Shown: in pieces, positions 1 to 12,994 of the stretch
Layout: every line of letters starts with the position of its first letter
Numbering within the stretch: position 1 is the first letter of the stretch
NCBI GenBank assembly: GCA_951406725.2
Contig: OX597819.1
Coordinates: 58,032,001-58,096,000, forward strand
DNA from: Octopus vulgaris
Lineage: Eukaryota
Length of the DNA: 64,000 nucleotides
Direction: 5' to 3'
Program-made: the position numbers and the translations under genes
The notes under the pieces: generated by a model
What the model was told of the DNA's origin: nothing
Seen by the model: the letters and a program-made list of their open reading frames with translations, nothing else
The model's database searches: none

Positions 1-1195
1 AGCTCCTTGTTGCTTATTTTCATTATAATCACCCCATTTTGAATTATATGGATAATACCAAACTAAATTCTGGTGCCTTTAACTTAAGTACCCTCCCCTC
101 CAAGATTGCTGAGCTTAAACTGTACAATGGACCGGCGTCCCTTTCAATGGCGGTTTGTGATTTTGGTCACTTATATGCCATGAAAACCGGGTGAGTCAAT
201 TAAACTGGACTAATGGGTCTTAGGGTTCGATGTAACAAAATCATTTCAATGACCCACCACCATTGAAGAAAAATGAAAAAGAACAAATTCACGCTGTTCA
301 GACTTGAAACCATGTTGCATATGAAAGTAGCCTATGTGCAACAAGTATGTTTTTTTTCTCTAGTACTCCATTGATAGCTACCCTCTTCCCCCCCCCACAC
401 ACACACACACGTACAGACACAATGCTCCAAGTCTAATAATAATCTCGGTAGTTAACTCGCCAGTTTAAAGAGCAAATATACACACAGACTATATAATGCT
501 TCAAATATGTCAACAGAGACATAAAACCAGACTCAAGAAAGTCATGCTTAATTAAGTAACTAATTATTTTAATGTTTTTATTTTATTACAAATTTATTTT
601 ATTACGTGCTTCATAAATAGAGGTCGATTTAAGAGCATTGACCTTTTTCAACTGGGGTCACATTTTATTTATTAACGCCAATGTTATTTTTTATTGATTT
701 GATTTCACGATTAACTTAAACCTGTAGTTCTTGTCTGTTTCGACGCAAGTTTAGTTTAGTCGACTCACACATGGATTATACACAAACATCTCAGTCTTCT
801 TGCAGTAAAACTTACCTTCGTAATCTTTCTTTTCTTTTCTTTTATTTTATTTTGTATAGCGTTTTTGTTTTTTGCTTTTTTTTTCTTCTTCTTTCATTCT
901 TTATCGCTTTTCTTTTATCTCTTTCAATCATCGGGCAGTGGTCATGTTGGGGCACCGCTTCGAAGGGTTTTCGTCGAAGAAATCGACCATGGTCGTTTTA
1001 CTTCTTCTGCCGATCACTTGCCGAACCGGGAATTTAGGAAACGTGTACAAAATGCCGCTTTTCAAAAGCTGTTGGGGCACAAACACAATCACAAAAGTGA
1101 GCACACACACTCACGCACGCACGCACACACACTCACGCACGCACGCACACACACACACACACACGCTCTATTCGCAGGTGCGCACACCGACACAC

Positions 1196-1248
<53 letters not shown>

Positions 1249-1444
1249 TTGTCAAGTGATGGTGGGGGACAAACGCAGACAAACAGACAGACACACGCAC
1301 ACACACACACGCACACGCACACACACACATATATATGGAGTTCTTTCAGTTTCCGGCTACCATATCTACTCACAAGGCTTAAACACGAAGGATTCTTTCA
1401 GTTTCCATATATCAAATCCACTCATAAGGCTTGGGTCAACCAGG

Positions 1445-2114
<670 letters not shown>

Positions 2115-2301
2115 AGGCGCAATGGCCCAGTGGTTAGGGCAGCGATTCCCAGACCGGGCGTTGTGTGTGTTTATTGAGCGAAAACAACTAAAAGCTCCAC
2201 GAGGCTCCGGCAGGGGATGGTGGTGATCCCTGCCGTACTCTTTCACCACTCTAAAAGGCGGTGCTCCAGCATGGCCGCAGTCAAATGACTGAAACAAGTA
2301 C

Positions 2302-2347
<46 letters not shown>

Positions 2348-2690
2348 GTAGATATGTGGGAGTGGCTGTGTGGTAAGAAATTTGCTTACCAATCACATGG
2401 TTCTGGGTTCGGTTCCACAGCGTGGCACCTTGGGCAAGTGTCTTCTACTATAGTCTCCAGTCTATATAAGCCTTGTGAATGAATTTGGTAGACGGACACT
2501 GAAAGAATCCCGTCGTATATATGTATATATGTATGTGTGTGTGTGTGTATATGTTTGTGTGTCTGTGTTTGTCTCTCCAACATCGCTTGAAAACCGATGC
2601 TGGTGTGTTCACGTTCCCGTAACTGCATGGCCGTAAAAGAATAAGAGAATAAAAGAATATATATATACATGTATATATATATATATATAT

Positions 2691-2745
<55 letters not shown>

Positions 2746-2836
2746 TATATAGATATATACATATACATATACATACATGCTCGCACATACATATGCATCA
2801 ATATATACATCGGTATTTAAACGTAAGTGTGCATGT

Positions 2837-2876
<40 letters not shown>

Positions 2877-3225
2877 CAGAGGGGGAGATAAGAGAGAAAT
2901 AGAGGGAGAGAAAAACAAAACATTTCGAAATAAAATGCTGAACTCTCAAGTAAATGCTGAGTTGGAAAATAGGTTAAATGTCATTTATGTATTCAAACGT
3001 AAGATGGTTATAAACTAAGACATACTACCGTGTGTACACATGTATACAAACATATGTACTGACAGACAGACAGACATACAGACAGGCAGGCAGACAGACA
3101 GGCAGAGAAACACAGAAACATTTATTTCAATCTACATTCATACACACGTGTTGGGTGAGTGCGTATTTACATGTGTAAAAAGTATACATTTTTATATAAA
3201 AGTACAAATATAATCATGTGCAAAA

Positions 3226-3287
<62 letters not shown>

Positions 3288-3361
3288 CTATATATGCATA
3301 TCAATTTACATATATATATACGCATATACGTATATACAGACACATATATAAGTATATACGC

Positions 3362-3399
<38 letters not shown>

Positions 3400-3455
3400 G
3401 TATATACATATATATGCATATATATATACATATATACATACACATATATGTATAC

Positions 3456-3499
<44 letters not shown>

Positions 3500-4261
3500 T
3501 TACATATATATATTATATGTATAATATATATGTATATTAATATATATGCATATATACGTATGTATGTTGTGTGTGTGTGTGTATGTATGCATACACCTGT
3601 AAACATATACATATTGGTGTGCCTGTATGAAATTTTGCATATATATATGTGTGTGTCTGTGTGTATACATATATGTACATATACACGCGTGTGTGCGCGC
3701 ACATACACACACATACACAGAGTAGTATGAGTGAAAACTGAGAGAGGAAAAATGAGATGCCTCTTGTATGAACTGTACGTATCTGCATAAACGCACACGT
3801 ACATTATTTTCGGTGATAAGAAATAACAAATTTGATAATCAAAAAATAAAAGTAATAAAATATCTAGAGATGTCACGCATGCGCAGGTAAACAGACATAC
3901 TTATATACACATAGAGACCTTTTAGACAGATACAATATAACAGATTTTTATTTAAATGTAGCAGAATCCAACTTTAAATTACGTTCATATTAAAAATTCA
4001 AACTTTATTGTAAAACCTTTTTTTTAACCTCCCATTTCCGTGCCTATTTATCTATATATCTATCCCAAATTCAATCGATCTTTGTTCTTATTTTTCTGCT
4101 TCATTCTTGACACACATAATTTTGTGAATGCTAGAATGTATATATATATATATATATAATATCTGCGCACACGCGGCGCTGTGTTTGTGCATATGAATAA
4201 TGAATGCACACGCCTATATCTTTCTGTGGGTGTGCTTAGTGTGTGTATATACATATATACA

Positions 4262-4690
4262 GGCGCAGGAGTGCTTGTGTGGTAAGAAGTTTGTTTCCCG
4301 ACCACGCGGATCCCGGTTCAGTCTCACTGCGTGGCACCTGGGACAAGTGTCTTCTACCAGAGCTACAGGACGACCAAAGCCTTGTGAGTGGATTTAGTAG
4401 ACGGAAACTGAAAGGAGCCCGTCGTATATATACATATTTATATATATATATATGTGTGTGTGTGTGTTTATGTGCATATATTTGTGTGTCTGTATTTGTT
4501 CCCCCCACCCTCGCTTGACAACCGATGCTGGTGTGTTCACGTCCCCGTAACTTGGCTGTTCGGCAACAGAGCTCGATAGAATGAGTACTAGGATTGCAAA
4601 GAATAAGTCCTGGTGCCGATTTGTTCGACTAAAGGCAGTGTTCCTTCATGTTCGCAGTCAAATGACTGAAACAAATAAAATAATAAAAGA

Positions 4691-4691
<1 letters not shown>
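4262..4691 (+). mobile_element. tRNA-derived SINE, family A (full length, internal TA/TG microsatellite)
   Basis: Pol III A/B-box-like head (GGCGCAGGAGTG..GTGTGG; GGTTCAGTC), a MIR/CORE-like CACC(T)TGGG(C/A)CAAGTG motif, and the tail CAGTCAAATGACTGAAACAA.TAAAA. About 20 full or partial copies occur in the window. Confidence 0.88.
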
Positions 4692-4728
<37 letters not shown>

Positions 4729-4794
4729 TGGGAGAGAGTGAGTTACTCGAGCATATATATATAGGCACGCACACATACACACACAGACATACAA

Positions 4795-4858
<64 letters not shown>

Positions 4859-4989
4859 TGAGTAAGTGAGATAGATATATAGATAGATAGATAGATAGGT
4901 ATACATATACACACGTACATATATATACACATACATATATACATATATATACATATATATATATACACATACATACATATATATTTACG

Positions 4990-5036
<47 letters not shown>

Positions 5037-5109
5037 GCATACAGACATACAGACATATATATATAGTAAAAAAAAACACAGAGAAAATGAAAAAAACAAA
5101 CAAACATGA

Positions 5110-6800
5110 GGACGTAGCATAAGCAATGTATTGATAAGACGCCTAGAGAAGGAAGAGAGTAGTTGTTTTACGTTTCGAGTATAGCTCTTCTTCGGAAAGG
5201 GGAAAAAGCAAGAAAATGCAAAAGAAAGAAGAAAGAAGGTGGAAAAAGATCGCCAACAGGCCACTCGAGATTACATTGCTTAAGTGACCAGAAGCAGAGG
5301 GAATGAAGGGGAAGTGCTTTCTGGGACAGGAGTGTGGGAAGATGGTCAGTGTGTGTGTGTATGTGTAAGTGTGTGTTTGTGTGTGTGGTAGCGTGTGAGT
5401 GTGTGTGTGTGTGTGTGGTAGCATGTTGTGGTCACTTTGTGCGTGTGTGGTGTGTGTAGTAGAAGTCTGAAGAGTGTGTGAACGGGTGGGTGTGTCTGTG
5501 ATTAGTGGGTGTTGTTGTGTGCCTGTGTGTGTTGTCATGTGTACGTAGACGGAGTGGGGATGTGTATATGTGTGTGTGTGTTCCACGTGTGTATAGGTAT
5601 GTGTGTGTGTGTGTCTCGCTGTATATATATGTGAGTGTGTGTACGTGTGGAGATGCGTGTTGGCCATGTGCGTGTGAGTGTGTGTAGAAGTGTATGTACG
5701 TGCGTGTATAAGTGTATGTACGCCCATGTGTGTTCTTTGTGTGTTATATGTGTGGAAAGTTGTGTATGTGGAGATATACCTGTGTTCATGTGTTTGCGCG
5801 CATGTGCGTGCGTGTGTGTGTGCGTGTGTAGGAATGTGTGTGTGTGTGCGCGCGCACAGGTGTGTGCATGTGGTGTGTGTACGTGTTTGCGTGTTGTGTG
5901 TGTGTGTACATGCGTGTGTGTGTATGTGTGTGTGTGTGCACGCGTGAGCGGTGGGGTTTAAGAATAAAAAATAAAAATTAATACAAGTAAATAATGAAAA
6001 ATAAAAATTAGATATAATAAAAAAATAACGGCAAAAGATTATATGAATAAATCAATAACAGAAATAAATAAATAAAAATAAAAATAAAAAATGAAATGAA
6101 ATTAACAAAATGAACAAATAAAAAAATAGAAAATAAGAGTGAGTAAAATTTATTTTGTTTAAAGGGTGTGGGGGAAAATCATTGAGAGGAGGGGGTTGTG
6201 TTGAGTCTGAAAGGTGTTTGAGTAGTTAGAGTAAAAATGTAACGCGAAAATGACGGGCGACAAGAGTGTTCTTATGTAGACGAATGTCTTGTAGGTGTAC
6301 GATGGACCGATCGGCTAGTCGAAGGGCCGGGAGGAAAGGAGAAGGAATTGAAGAGGCGAAGGGCGTGATTGGTATCATGAGTATGAGACGGGAAGGCAGC
6401 GACTAAAGCGGAAAGGATGAGGTTGAGATATTTGGGGATGAGTTCTACGGGCTAGTTACTGGCGGAAACAATGGGGCGGCCAGGGTTGTCGGGTTTGTGT
6501 ATTTTGGGAAGGAATAGATGGTGGAGGTACGATGAGGTTGGTGGCGGCAAAAAATGAGACGAGGTCATGGATAGTGGAGGATACACGCTACTTGGTAGGA
6601 GGGGGTCGGAGGGGAGGATGTGATACAATATGTGGCTGTTTATTGCAAAGATTGCACCAGATGCAGTAAATGAGGCTTGGAGAAATACAGGAGGAGTTCT
6701 TAATGTAGAAGGTGTGCTGGTCGGGTCCAGTGAGTGAGGTGGCGTTGGTGATCAAAAGGACAGGTATGGCAACGGGGTCTGGGGCAAGGTAAAATCGACA
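5110..6800 (-). mobile_element. Decayed Penelope-like element (RT fragment, GIY-YIG fragment, CA-rich 3' region, terminal hammerhead-like motif)
   Basis: Minus strand ~6515-6320 reads FLPKIHKPDNPGRPIVSASN*PVELIPKYLN..DTNHALRLFNSF (PLE RT). ~6320-6250 reads RLADRSIVHLQDIRLHKNTLVARHF (GIY-YIG). An HHR-like motif lies at 5166-5198. Confidence 0.85.
5166..5198 (-). ncRNA. Minimal hammerhead-like motif at PLE 3' end
   Basis: ttt-CCGAAGA-a-gag ctata ctc-GAAA-cg-TA-aaa, with palindromic ACGT stem III. Confidence 0.6.
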
Positions 6801-6811
6801 AATATCAAGGA

Positions 6812-7205
6812 ATGATGTTTGTAGAGGCCACAGCTTATGGAGAACAAGCCCGAAGATTTAGGAAAGCTTTGAAGGAGGCCAAACTCAAGATTGAGATCAT
6901 TGAAAAGCCAGGAAACTCCATTAGATCACAACTATGTAGGACGTACGCCTTTGAGAATACGACATGCACCATTGACAACTGCACAGTATGTAAGATTAAC
7001 CCCGGCATTAACTGTAGAACTAGAAATGAAGTTTACAGCACAAGGTGCATAGAGGGGTGCTTGTAAAGAAAAGAACATGATATACCTAGGTGAGACATCA
7101 AGGAGCTTTGCGGAAAGACTAAATGGACATTTGAGACAATATGACGACAAAAAAAAAACAGTCCTCAATACTCTACCAACATGACAAAGACAAACATGGG
7201 GGCAC
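6812..7205 (+). mobile_element. Penelope-like element fragment: linker/Cys-rich region + GIY-YIG endonuclease
   Basis: MFVEATAYGEQARRFRKAL..IEKPG..CTVC..CRTRNEVYSTRC, then after a frameshift IYLGETSRSFAERLNGHLRQYDDK..LYQHDKDKH. Confidence 0.8.
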
Positions 7206-8082
7206 GCTTGACAAAAGAGCCGGATAGGATAAGTACTAGGGTCACAAAAAATAAGTCCTGGGGTCGATTTGTTCGACTAAAGGCGGCGCTCCAGCATGAC
7301 CGCAGTCAAATGACTGAAACAAATAAAAGAATAAAAGAATAAATACACACACATTTTAGAAATGCTATTCTTTTATTTTTTTATTTGTTTCAGTCATTTG
7401 ACAGCAGCCATGCTGGAACACCGCCTTTTGTCGAACAAATCTACCCCAAGATTTATTCATTGTAAACCTAGTATTTATCCTATCGGTCTGTTTTGCCGAA
7501 CGGCTAAGTTAATGGGGACGTAAACATACCAACATCGGTAGTCAAGCGACTGTGAGGGGGAGACAAATGTTTTTTCACCACTTTAATTATACTCATTTAG
7601 TGATAATGTCTCTTCGATGTTTCCTACTTATATTTCAAAATATCCGTTGGCCAAATCAGATTTAGTCCTTATACAACTAGACTCAACTCTATCTAACCAT
7701 GTTCTTATATTTCATCTTTCACAATCAATTTATGAATATCCGATTGAGTTATGCGACACAGTCTCAATATGGTCTCCTGTAATATTCTTCTGTTTCCACC
7801 ATTCCTGATGTTTTCTCCATCTTTTGCACTGAGGAGAATGGTAATACGTAATTAAATTAATTTGATTTAATTATAATTATAATTAATTTAATTTTTTTCA
7901 TGTTTCTTACATGTTGGTGTTTTCATTTGAAACGATTGTATGCATGGATTAAAATTTTATAAAACATTAAACATTTCTTTTCCATCTTTAATTGTTTGTT
8001 GAGTTTATATAGGATTATATCTTATAAATGCTCATAACACGTCTTATACTATATATGTGTATGTATGTACGTATGTATGTGT

Positions 8083-8140
<58 letters not shown>

Positions 8141-8417
8141 GTTTGTTTGTCCCCTCACCGTAGCCTGACAACCGATGCCGGTGAGTTTTCGTCCCTGTAA
8201 CCTAGAGGTTAGGCAAAAGAAACCGATAGAATAAGTACTAGGCTTACAAAGCATAAGTCCTGGAGTCAATATGTTCGACTTAAGTTGGTACTCCAGCATG
8301 GCCGCAGTCAAATGACTGAAACACCTAAAAGAATAGAAGAAAAATCAATAAATGTTCATAAGAAATTATAGATAAATTCTAGGAAAAATATTACGTTTAA
8401 TATTCATTGCATGCAAA

Positions 8418-8636
8418 ACGGTGAGCTGGCAGACTCGTTAACACGCCGGGCGAAATGCGTAGCCGTATTTCGTTTACCGTTACGTTCTAAAGTTCAAATT
8501 CCGCCGAGGTTGACTTTGCTCTTTATCCTTTTGGGGTCGATAAATTAAGTACCAGTTACGTACTAGGTTTGATCTGATCGACTGGCCCCCCTCCTCAAAA
8601 AATTTTGGGCGTTGTGCCTAGAGTAGAAAAGAATAT
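8418..8636 (+). mobile_element. tRNA-derived SINE, family B (Meta-domain-like core), tail type i
   Basis: Head GGTGAGCTGGCAGA, B box GTTCAAATTCC, and a core matching the family consensus GCCTTTCATCCTTTCGGGGTCGATAAA..AAGTACC, which resembles the MetaSINE/Sauria central domain. Other copies lie at ~9765-10145(-), 10820-11022(-), 20724-20943(+), 20995-21197(-), 26168-26520(+), 26907-27122(+), 27200-27370(-), 44920-45065(-) and 55385-55560(-). Confidence 0.85.
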
Positions 8637-8774
8637 TCATTGCATGCGTTTTGTTATTTTTCTGTTTTTAACCAGGACGCTTCTTTCTATACAAAGGGAA
8701 TAGTAATCGTTATACCAAAACACTTGGTATGAAACGGTGTCCTGCAATGCAATGGCACAGTGTAAGTGATGTCC

Positions 8775-9100
8775 GAGTGCCTGTGTGGTAAGAAGCTTGC
8801 TTTCCAACCACATGGTTCCAGGTTCAGCCCCACTGCGTGGCATCTTGGGCAAGTGTCTTCTACTATAGCTTCGGGCCGACCAAAGCCCTGTGAGCGGATT
8901 TGTCTGACGGGAACTGAAAGAAGCCTGCCGTATGTATGCGTGTGTGTGTGTCTATAGTTGTACCCCCATCACCTATTGTCAATCGGTGTTGTGCGTTTAC
9001 GGCCCTGTAACTTAGAGACTGGAGTTGATTTGTTCGACTAAAACTCTTCATGGCGGTTCTCCAGCATGGTAGCAGTCAATTGACTGAAACAAGTGAAAAA
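8775..9100 (+). mobile_element. SINE family A (internal deletion)
   Basis: Colinear with 4262-4691. Confidence 0.85.
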
Positions 9101-10166
9101 ATAAATGAATATTAAATTAAGTATTTAGACAATATCTATTAAATTTGTGCTTTAATTTTGTTAAGTACGAGTATGTTTATGAGAATAAGTTAAGTAATAC
9201 TTTTGTAGGAATTTTTTTTTTGTTCTCATTTTAGACGTTAAAACAAAGTTTTATGCAAATTTCTATGCGAAGTGAATTCGTAAATCTTATTTGAAATCCC
9301 GTTTCCCTTGAAGTCAAATTGATTGAGAATCGCTAAACTAGAAGTAGAAAATAAACGGAAAAAATCTTGTAGTTGAGAATTCACAGCAGGCTTTTGTTTG
9401 GAATTTAATCTCGATATTCTTATTATGTAAGCTCAGACACTTGATTCCTTGATTCCTTATTGTGCCAGCGTGTGAGTGATAACTTATATTATTCTGTCCA
9501 CATAGCGATATACAGAAACAAAGAATGGCAATCATCATGGGAAATTTCTACTTCATTTAGAAGAAAACATTTTCATTAAATTCGATTTTCCAGGTCTTTT
9601 CTTATATCATGAAATGTTTACTGCAAAGACTTGAATTTTATGTTCAATCATGGGAGGTATTTACAAAATATATGCAGTACCTCATCGTATAAATTTACAG
9701 GAATCAAGTCATATACAGCATCTAATATTAGGCGTTAATTAACTAATGATGAGCAGCAGTTTTTGAGGGGAGGGGGAATTCGATTTGATCGAACCCAGTA
9801 CTTAATTAGTATTTATCTTATCGATCTCAAAAGGATGAAAGGCAAAGTCGACCTCGGCGGAATTTGAACTCAGGACGTCAACACGAACGAAATCTCACTT
9901 AGTATTTTGCCTGGAGTGTTAGCGCTTCTGCCAGCTTGCCACCTTAATCGCGACAAAAGAAATTTTAATTTCTCACAAAGGCACAAGGTCTGAAATTTTG
10001 GGAAAAAGGGGCTAGTCGATTATATCGACTCCAGTACCCAACTGGAACTTAGTTTATCGGTCCCGAAAGGATGAAAGGCAGAGTTGATGACGGCGGAATT
10101 TCTACTCAGAAAGTAAAGATCCGGGAGAAAATGCTTAGCGGCATTTTATTATTATTATTATTATTA

Positions 10167-10197
<31 letters not shown>

Positions 10198-10274
10198 CAT
10201 CATCATCATCATCATCATCAGTAGTAGGTGGAGGAGGAGGAAGGAGATGTACAACCATAATAATAATAATAATC

Positions 10275-10697
10275 GTTTCTTTATTGGCCACAAGGGCCGA
10301 AAACAAAGCAAATATGGAGGATACAATACAATGGACAAGTAGGATTTTGAACGTTACCCTATATACAATAAGTAACAAAAATAATTAAACAATAATAATA
10401 AACAAAGCTCCACAAGTCAGTAATGCACGGATACTGGACGAGTGCATGCAGGACGGTTTCTTCACCCTGCGCACACCTCGGACAGGTCCGTCTGACAGCA
10501 CTTCTGTGTCTGTAGAGCTTCTTTCGAACCGGCAGACCTCCTCGCTAGCACTGCAGGCCAGGGATTTCTGGAGGTTATCTATAGCCCCGGCCCGAAAGTA
10601 CTCAGTAAAAGACCAGTTAATTGACCCTTTCCGACGCCCAGCGTTTCCCGAGGACGTCGTCGCTCTTAACCTCCACTAATCCCCTATAGAACTGCAT
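10275..10697 (-). mobile_element. 5'-truncated, internally deleted Tx1-like LINE fragment (3' end of ORF2 + 3'UTR)
   Basis: Translates with frameshifts to QFYRGLVEVKSDDVLG..DNLQKSLA..LPVRKKLYRH..TCPRCAQGEETVLHALVQ, colinear with 49185-49455. Ends GGCCCTTGTGGCCAATAAAGAAA followed by (TTA)n. Confidence 0.88.
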
Positions 10698-10725
10698 AAT
10701 ATTATTTATTATTATTATTATTATT

Positions 10726-10802
<77 letters not shown>

Positions 10803-11107
10803 TAATAATAATAATAATAATCTTTTCTACTTTAGGCACAAAGCCTAAAATTTCGAGATAGAGGTCTAGTCGATTACAATTGATACTTATTTTATCGACT
10901 CTGAAAGGAGGAAAGGCAAAGTCGACCACAGCAGAATTTGAACTCAGAATGTAAAGGACAGGGAGAAAATGCCGCTAAGCATTTTGTCCAGCATGCTAAT
11001 GATACTGCTTGCTCGCCGCCTTAATGACAACAACAACAGCAACAACATCAACAAACACTACTAGAACAACAACAACAACAACAACAATAATAATAATAAT
11101 AATAATG

Positions 11108-11147
<40 letters not shown>

Positions 11148-11151
11148 TAAC

Positions 11152-11225
<74 letters not shown>

Positions 11226-11268
11226 TAGGAGAGTATTGTAGTTCGCTAGAAGCATTGTGTATTGTTTG

Positions 11269-11538
11269 TAAAGAATAAAAACTTTTGAATAGTACAACAA
11301 TGCACTATAATATAGACAATGTGCTATATTCCTATTGTAATTTAGTCATCAATAGTCTGATAGGATATTTCGGAATAATATTCCTTCTTCAGATATTCTT
11401 TGATGGAGTCGTTGTATCTGAAGAAGGAATATTATTCCGAAATATCATATCAGACGATGGATGACTAAATTACAACAGGTATATATCCCTTTGTCTATAT
11501 TATTGTGCATTGCTGCACCATTCAAAACTTTTTATTCT

Positions 11539-11541
<3 letters not shown>
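11269..11541. repeat. Long inverted repeat (arms 11269-11395 and 11415-11541, 19-bp spacer)
   Basis: The arms are reverse complements along their whole length with scattered mismatches. The structure is embedded between (AAT)n arrays. Confidence 0.92.
11414..11455 (+). ncRNA. Minimal hammerhead-like motif in the right arm of a fold-back (mirror copy at 11355-11395, minus strand)
   Basis: gtat-CTGAAGA-a-ggaa tatta ttcc-GAAA-tatcata-TC-agac. Confidence 0.62.
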
Positions 11542-11588
<47 letters not shown>

Positions 11589-11699
11589 TGGCAATTGGCA
11601 CAGGCCTCAAAATTTGGGGAGAGGTGGCTAGTCGATTACATCGCCCCTTATGTAGGAAACATCTCAATTCATTCTTTTCTTTCTTTCTTCCTTCCTTTC

Positions 11700-11894
11700 T
11701 TTCACTTGTTTCAGTCATTTGACTGCAGCCATGCTGGAGCACCGCCTTTAGCCAATCAAAGTACTTATTCTATCGGTCTCTTTTGCCGAACCGCTAATGC
11801 TACGGGGTCGTAAACATACCAGCATCGGTTGTCAAGCGATGTTGGGGAGACAAACACACACGCACACACACACACACACACACATATATTTATA

Positions 11895-11962
<68 letters not shown>

Positions 11963-12125
11963 CGACAGGCTTCTTTCAGTTTCCGTCTACCAAATCCACT
12001 CACAAGGCTTTGGTCGGCCCGAGACTATAGTAGAAGGCACTTGCCCAATGTGCCACGCAGTGAGACTGAACCCGGAACCATGTGGCTGGTAAGCAAGCTA
12101 CTTACCACACAGCCACTCCAACGCC
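11700..12125 (-). mobile_element. SINE family A
   Basis: Reverse complement of the family consensus. Confidence 0.88.
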
Positions 12126-12284
12126 AATTGAGAATGTATTTACGTAATTCATTCAGTAAAACCCTCCCTTATAATACTATTTCCATATATTCATGCCATT
12201 GGTTTATATGTATTGTTTCTACTTAATTATTGTACTTTTGGAAGTGTATTTGCCAGGCATTCACTTGTCACGCAAGTGATTTGA

Positions 12285-12486
12285 TGTGAGACCGTGCGTT
12301 GAAACTAAAACAATTAAAGTGTGGAACACATATTAGTCATTCAAAAAACATACAAAAACTGTTCACGTAGCACCAAATGATAAATGTCTAAGCGATGTTA
12401 AGAGTATTTATGTGTTTTTGAATGGCTAATATTTATCTTCTATGCTGTAGTTCTTTTTGTATTAATGTTTTTAATCGTGATCACTA
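12285..12486. mobile_element. Degenerate MITE-like element with long imperfect terminal inverted repeats
   Basis: ATATTAGTCATTCAAAAAACATA is mirrored by TGTGTTTTTGAATGGCTAATAT, with a weaker outer match. Confidence 0.5.
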
Positions 12487-12679
12487 CTGCAGAACAGAAC
12501 TGGCTTAATGTAACCTTTAAAAAGCAACATTTTAATTCTATCACTAAGTGAACAAATCTAATGAAAGTATGCCTTGTGCACTGCAATCTGCGCTAAATGC
12601 ACATTTTTCTTAAAAGCATTTTTATAGTTTACCAAACCATTTTCGCCATATATACCGTACTTACTCGTATATACAGCAT

Positions 12680-12913
12680 CCTTATTTCTTTATTGCCCAC
12701 AAGGGGCTAAACATAGAGGGGACAAACAAGGAGAGACAAACGGATTAGGTCGATTACATCGACCCCAGAGCGTAACTGGTACTTAATTTATCGACCTCAA
12801 TGGATGAAAGGCAAAGTCGACCTCGGCGGAATTTGAACTCAGAACGCAGCGGCGGACGAAAATACCACAAAGCATTTCGTCCGGCATGCTAACGTTTCTG
12901 CCAGCTCGCCGCC
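12680..12913 (-). mobile_element. SINE family B, tail type ii (Tx1-like 3' end), with a 19-bp TSD
   Basis: TSD TTACTCGTATATAC[A/T]GCAT at 12661-12679 and 12914-12932. The 3' end reads TGTTTAGCCCCTTGTGGGCAATAAAGAAATA. A second copy lies at 13942-14110. Confidence 0.9.
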
Positions 12914-12994
12914 TTACTCGTATATACTGCATTCGAGTAAAAGTCGCACTCATAACTCAGTGTTAAATATTGGTGCAATTTTTTTCTCGTCATA

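Noticed and set aside
4262-4335. tRNA genes (A/B boxes at many loci)
   Set aside because: All are heads of SINEs continuing into family bodies, and none folds as a complete cloverleaf that I can verify.
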